The notes under the pieces: generated by a model
The model's database searches: none
What the model was told of the DNA's origin: nothing
The model's input: the letters and a program-made list of their open reading frames with translations, nothing else
Assembly: GCA_964501035.1 (NCBI GenBank)
Contig: CAZCRK010000012.1
Span: 1 to 34,503, forward strand
Direction: 5' to 3'
DNA: 34,503 nucleotides
Position numbers and translations under genes: made by a program
Shown here: positions 31,862 through 34,503 of the stretch, one piece after another
Layout: each line of letters opens with the position of its first letter
Position numbering within the stretch: position 1 is the stretch's first letter

Positions 31862-32779
31862 ATGAGAATAAAATTAATTATATTGTGTATCAATTTGACG
31901 ACTCTATTGGGGCAAGGAATTCCATATTTTAATGGGCAAAATGCAATGAAGTACTTAGTGGCACAATGTGATTTAGGGCCACGATATCCAGGTAGTGAAG
32001 GGCATTCTTTAGCACGAGAAATGTTTATTTCACATTTTAATCAATTTGCAGAAAAAATAATGATTATGGATGTAACAATCCCACATCCCTATTCTAGTGA
32101 TTCGCTTGCTCTTACAAATATTATGGCACGGTATAATATGTCTGCAAATCAACGGATCATGCTCATGGCTCACTGGGATACCCGTGCAATAGCTGATATG
32201 GACCCTGACTCAACGAACCATAATACACCAATAATAGGTGCAAATGATGGAGCAAGTGGTGTAGCAATTTTAATGGAGTTAGCACAAATTTTAAGGGACT
32301 ATCCATTAACAAATTTGGGTGTTGATTTATTGCTAGTGGATGGTGAAGACATAGGTAAAGCTGGTGATGCAGACAATTTTGGTTTAGGAACAAAAGAATT
32401 TGCACAAAATATTCCTGCACCTATTCCCAATATGGCAATTTGTTTAGATATGGTTGCGGATAAACATCCAAGATTCCCTATTGAAGTGAATTCATATTTC
32501 CAAGCACAGTTTTTAGTAAAAGAAATATGGTCAATTGCACATCAACTTGGATATGATGAATTTGAAAATTCATTTGGTAGGGCAATAACTGATGACCATA
32601 CGGTACTCTATAAATATAGTAAAATACCATCAATTGATATCATTGATTTTGAATACCCTTACAAAGGGGAAAATTATTGGCATACCCTTGAAGATACCCC
32701 TGAAAATTGTTCCGCAGAAACATTGGGTATGGTGGGAACTGTTGTTACAACATTTCTGTATCAAAAGGATCAGCAATGA
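31862..32779 (+). CDS. M28-family protein, glutaminyl cyclase-like
   Basis: Signal peptide and motifs QCDLGPR.PGS, AHWDTR, GANDGASGV, DGED, LDMV, TDDH, IDIID and YWHT..D. This motif set matches Bacteroidota type II glutaminyl cyclases. Confidence 0.8.
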   Translation: MRIKLIILCINLTTLLGQGIPYFNGQNAMKYLVAQCDLGPRYPGSEGHSLAREMFISHFNQFAEKIMIMDVTIPHPYSSDSLALTNIMARYNMSANQRIMLMAHWDTRAIADMDPDSTNHNTPIIGANDGASGVAILMELAQILRDYPLTNLGVDLLLVDGEDIGKAGDADNFGLGTKEFAQNIPAPIPNMAICLDMVADKHPRFPIEVNSYFQAQFLVKEIWSIAHQLGYDEFENSFGRAITDDHTVLYKYSKIPSIDIIDFEYPYKGENYWHTLEDTPENCSAETLGMVGTVVTTFLYQKDQQ

Positions 32780-33606
32780 GTAATGGTAGAACATGGGATA
32801 TTCTAGTTTTAAAAGGCGAATCAGAAAGTGTAAGTATTTTCACATCATTCATATCTGATTTTATTTTAGGAGTAAATACGGACAGTAAATCATCGAAAGT
32901 ATGCCTTTCTGAAAATGCTAAGGAAAATGTTGAAAATTTGCTGAGTCAATGGCAACAAAAGTTAAAGTTACATATAACTTGGGAAGTTGTTGAGGATGCT
33001 AATTGGCACCTTGCTTGGAAAGATAATTTTACTCCAGTAAAAGTTGATGATAAAATTGTGGTTGTTCCAGATTGGGATACAAACGTCTATGATTGTAAAC
33101 ATGTTATTAAAATAAAACCTGGAATGGCATTTGGAACAGGACACCATGAAACAACATTTTTGATGTTAGAATCTATGTTAGTTTATATGCAAAAAGGGAT
33201 GTCGGTAATAGACATTGGAACCGGAAGTGGGATTTTAGCAATTGCATCACATCAATTGGGTGCATCCGATGTATTAGGTACAGAGTTTGATCCAGTTTGT
33301 GAGGAAAATTTTAATGAAAATTTAAAATTGAATAATATAGAATCTAATGTTTCTTATGTACCAACTAACTGCCTTAAATGGACGGATTATTCTCAAGATA
33401 TTATTTTAGCAAATATAAACAGAAACGTAATTATAGACTTACTTCCAAAATTAAAAAATAGTCATGGTACGATAATTATTTCGGGTGTGTTAATCACCGA
33501 TGAAGTGGTAATTTCTAAATTATGCAACGATTTAAATTTATCAGTTATAAGCCGAAAGACTAAGGGAGAATGGATGTGTTTAACATTGAGGAAACAATGT
33601 AAATGA
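32776..33606 (+). CDS. prmA: Ribosomal protein L11 methyltransferase
   Basis: Motifs NWHLAWK..F.P, VPDW, KPGMAFGTGHHETT, IDIGTGSGILAI, LANI, ISGV and GEW. ATG 32776 overlaps the upstream stop (ATGA). Confidence 0.92.
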   Translation: MSNGRTWDILVLKGESESVSIFTSFISDFILGVNTDSKSSKVCLSENAKENVENLLSQWQQKLKLHITWEVVEDANWHLAWKDNFTPVKVDDKIVVVPDWDTNVYDCKHVIKIKPGMAFGTGHHETTFLMLESMLVYMQKGMSVIDIGTGSGILAIASHQLGASDVLGTEFDPVCEENFNENLKLNNIESNVSYVPTNCLKWTDYSQDIILANINRNVIIDLLPKLKNSHGTIIISGVLITDEVVISKLCNDLNLSVISRKTKGEWMCLTLRKQCK

Positions 33607-34469
33607 AACTAACGTTGAGCATATTGGTATTGTTCCTGTTTGGAGGATGTACTAATGATATTCTTCTTCCAAATGATGATGGATACCAGACAGACCCCCC
33701 AGAATTTGAAACATTATATTTTGATTTTAATCCAAGTTCAGAAGAAATTTATTTCTATGCTGAAATTGTTAATGAATCAGAAAATCTTTATATTGATTCA
33801 GTATGGGTTGAGTTAAGTAATAACTCTGGATTTGAACAATCATTTACTTTACAAGAGCTAGACAATAGTGGAACAATTAAAATATTTTCAATCACCGAAC
33901 AACTTGTTTCATTTTGGAATGATGTTTATTATGCAGAATTTAACTTTACAGATAGTAATGGACAAGTTTATGTTTCTATTTCAGCAACAAAATATTTGTC
34001 AGTAGTTACTGAAAATGTACATCCTGAAATTGTAAACATTTTAATGCCAACAGAGTTTCAACTTAGTCAAAATGAATGGTCTGAATTAAACATTGAATTA
34101 ACAGTTTTAGATTTAAATGGAAATGATAATATTCAATCGGTTAAATATGAAATCCAAAGAATTTTTGAAGGGTGCAATGACGACTGTATTTATGATTCTA
34201 ATTGCAATGACCCAATTGAAGATTCGGAATTTATTTCAGATGACACCTGGAAATTTGATTTTAGTGAATATTCTTCTAATGGTTTTTTATATAATGAAAG
34301 CATTTTGATGCGACCGTTCGATGGAAGTGAATACGATGATGGTGAAAACCAATTTGATGCAAAAGATTGTGGACGAACTGGAATTATGTTTTTCAAATTT
34401 ATTGTTACAGATAATGATGGGTTATTGATTGAATCTGATGAGATATTATTAGAAGTAACTGCCCCATGA
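33603..34469 (+). CDS. Hypothetical acidic lipoprotein
   Basis: Lipobox FGGC, beta-rich acidic sequence, VLDLNGNDNI and FIVTDNDG. The start lies at or overlaps the end of prmA. Confidence 0.78.
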   Translation: MKLTLSILVLFLFGGCTNDILLPNDDGYQTDPPEFETLYFDFNPSSEEIYFYAEIVNESENLYIDSVWVELSNNSGFEQSFTLQELDNSGTIKIFSITEQLVSFWNDVYYAEFNFTDSNGQVYVSISATKYLSVVTENVHPEIVNILMPTEFQLSQNEWSELNIELTVLDLNGNDNIQSVKYEIQRIFEGCNDDCIYDSNCNDPIEDSEFISDDTWKFDFSEYSSNGFLYNESILMRPFDGSEYDDGENQFDAKDCGRTGIMFFKFIVTDNDGLLIESDEILLEVTAP

Positions 34470-34503
34470 GATTAGTTTTTATAATATCTGTTTCGTTAAC
34501 TTG
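34466..34503 (+). CDS. Start of a probable secreted protein (truncated by window end)
   Basis: ATGA overlap with the upstream stop. It reads MRLVFIISVSLT, which looks like a signal peptide. Confidence 0.55.
   Translation, partial: MRLVFIISVSLT

Noticed and set aside
32707..32775. N-terminal extension of PrmA in the ORF track (likewise 20036 for oppF and 22550 for the monooxygenase)
   Set aside because: Downstream ATGs give stop/start overlaps or proper signal peptides, so the extensions are probably not translated.

Overview
AT-rich bacterial chromosomal segment using standard genetic code 11. It most likely comes from an FCB-group organism. SprA, C-terminal dockerin-tagged secreted proteins and peptidase richness suggest Marinisomatota (Marinimicrobia/SAR406); this is inference only. 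Left to right it holds tRNA-Asn, a degenerate EF-G paralog (EF-G2) with a structured 5' leader, an operon of Ig-like lipoprotein, manC and a hypothetical gene, then yqgE and radC. Next comes a divergently transcribed peptide-handling locus: TldD, TldE, M16 peptidase, cyclophilin and M1 aminopeptidase on the - strand, and a Yej/Opp-type ABC importer on the + strand. Two divergent dockerin-tagged secreted proteins follow, one being a cytochrome c-copper type II monooxygenase fusion, then a membrane protein and tRNA-Phe. The window ends with a probable operon of rdgB, sprA (T9SS translocon, interrupted only by a 100-N scaffold gap), a glutaminyl cyclase-like M28, prmA, a lipoprotein and a truncated gene. 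No mobile element, CRISPR array or rRNA is evident. The best candidates for undescribed biology are the heme-fused, dockerin-tagged copper monooxygenase, the T9SS/dockerin/glutaminyl cyclase juxtaposition, the TldDE-peptidase/Yej locus and the switch-like EF-G2 leader.
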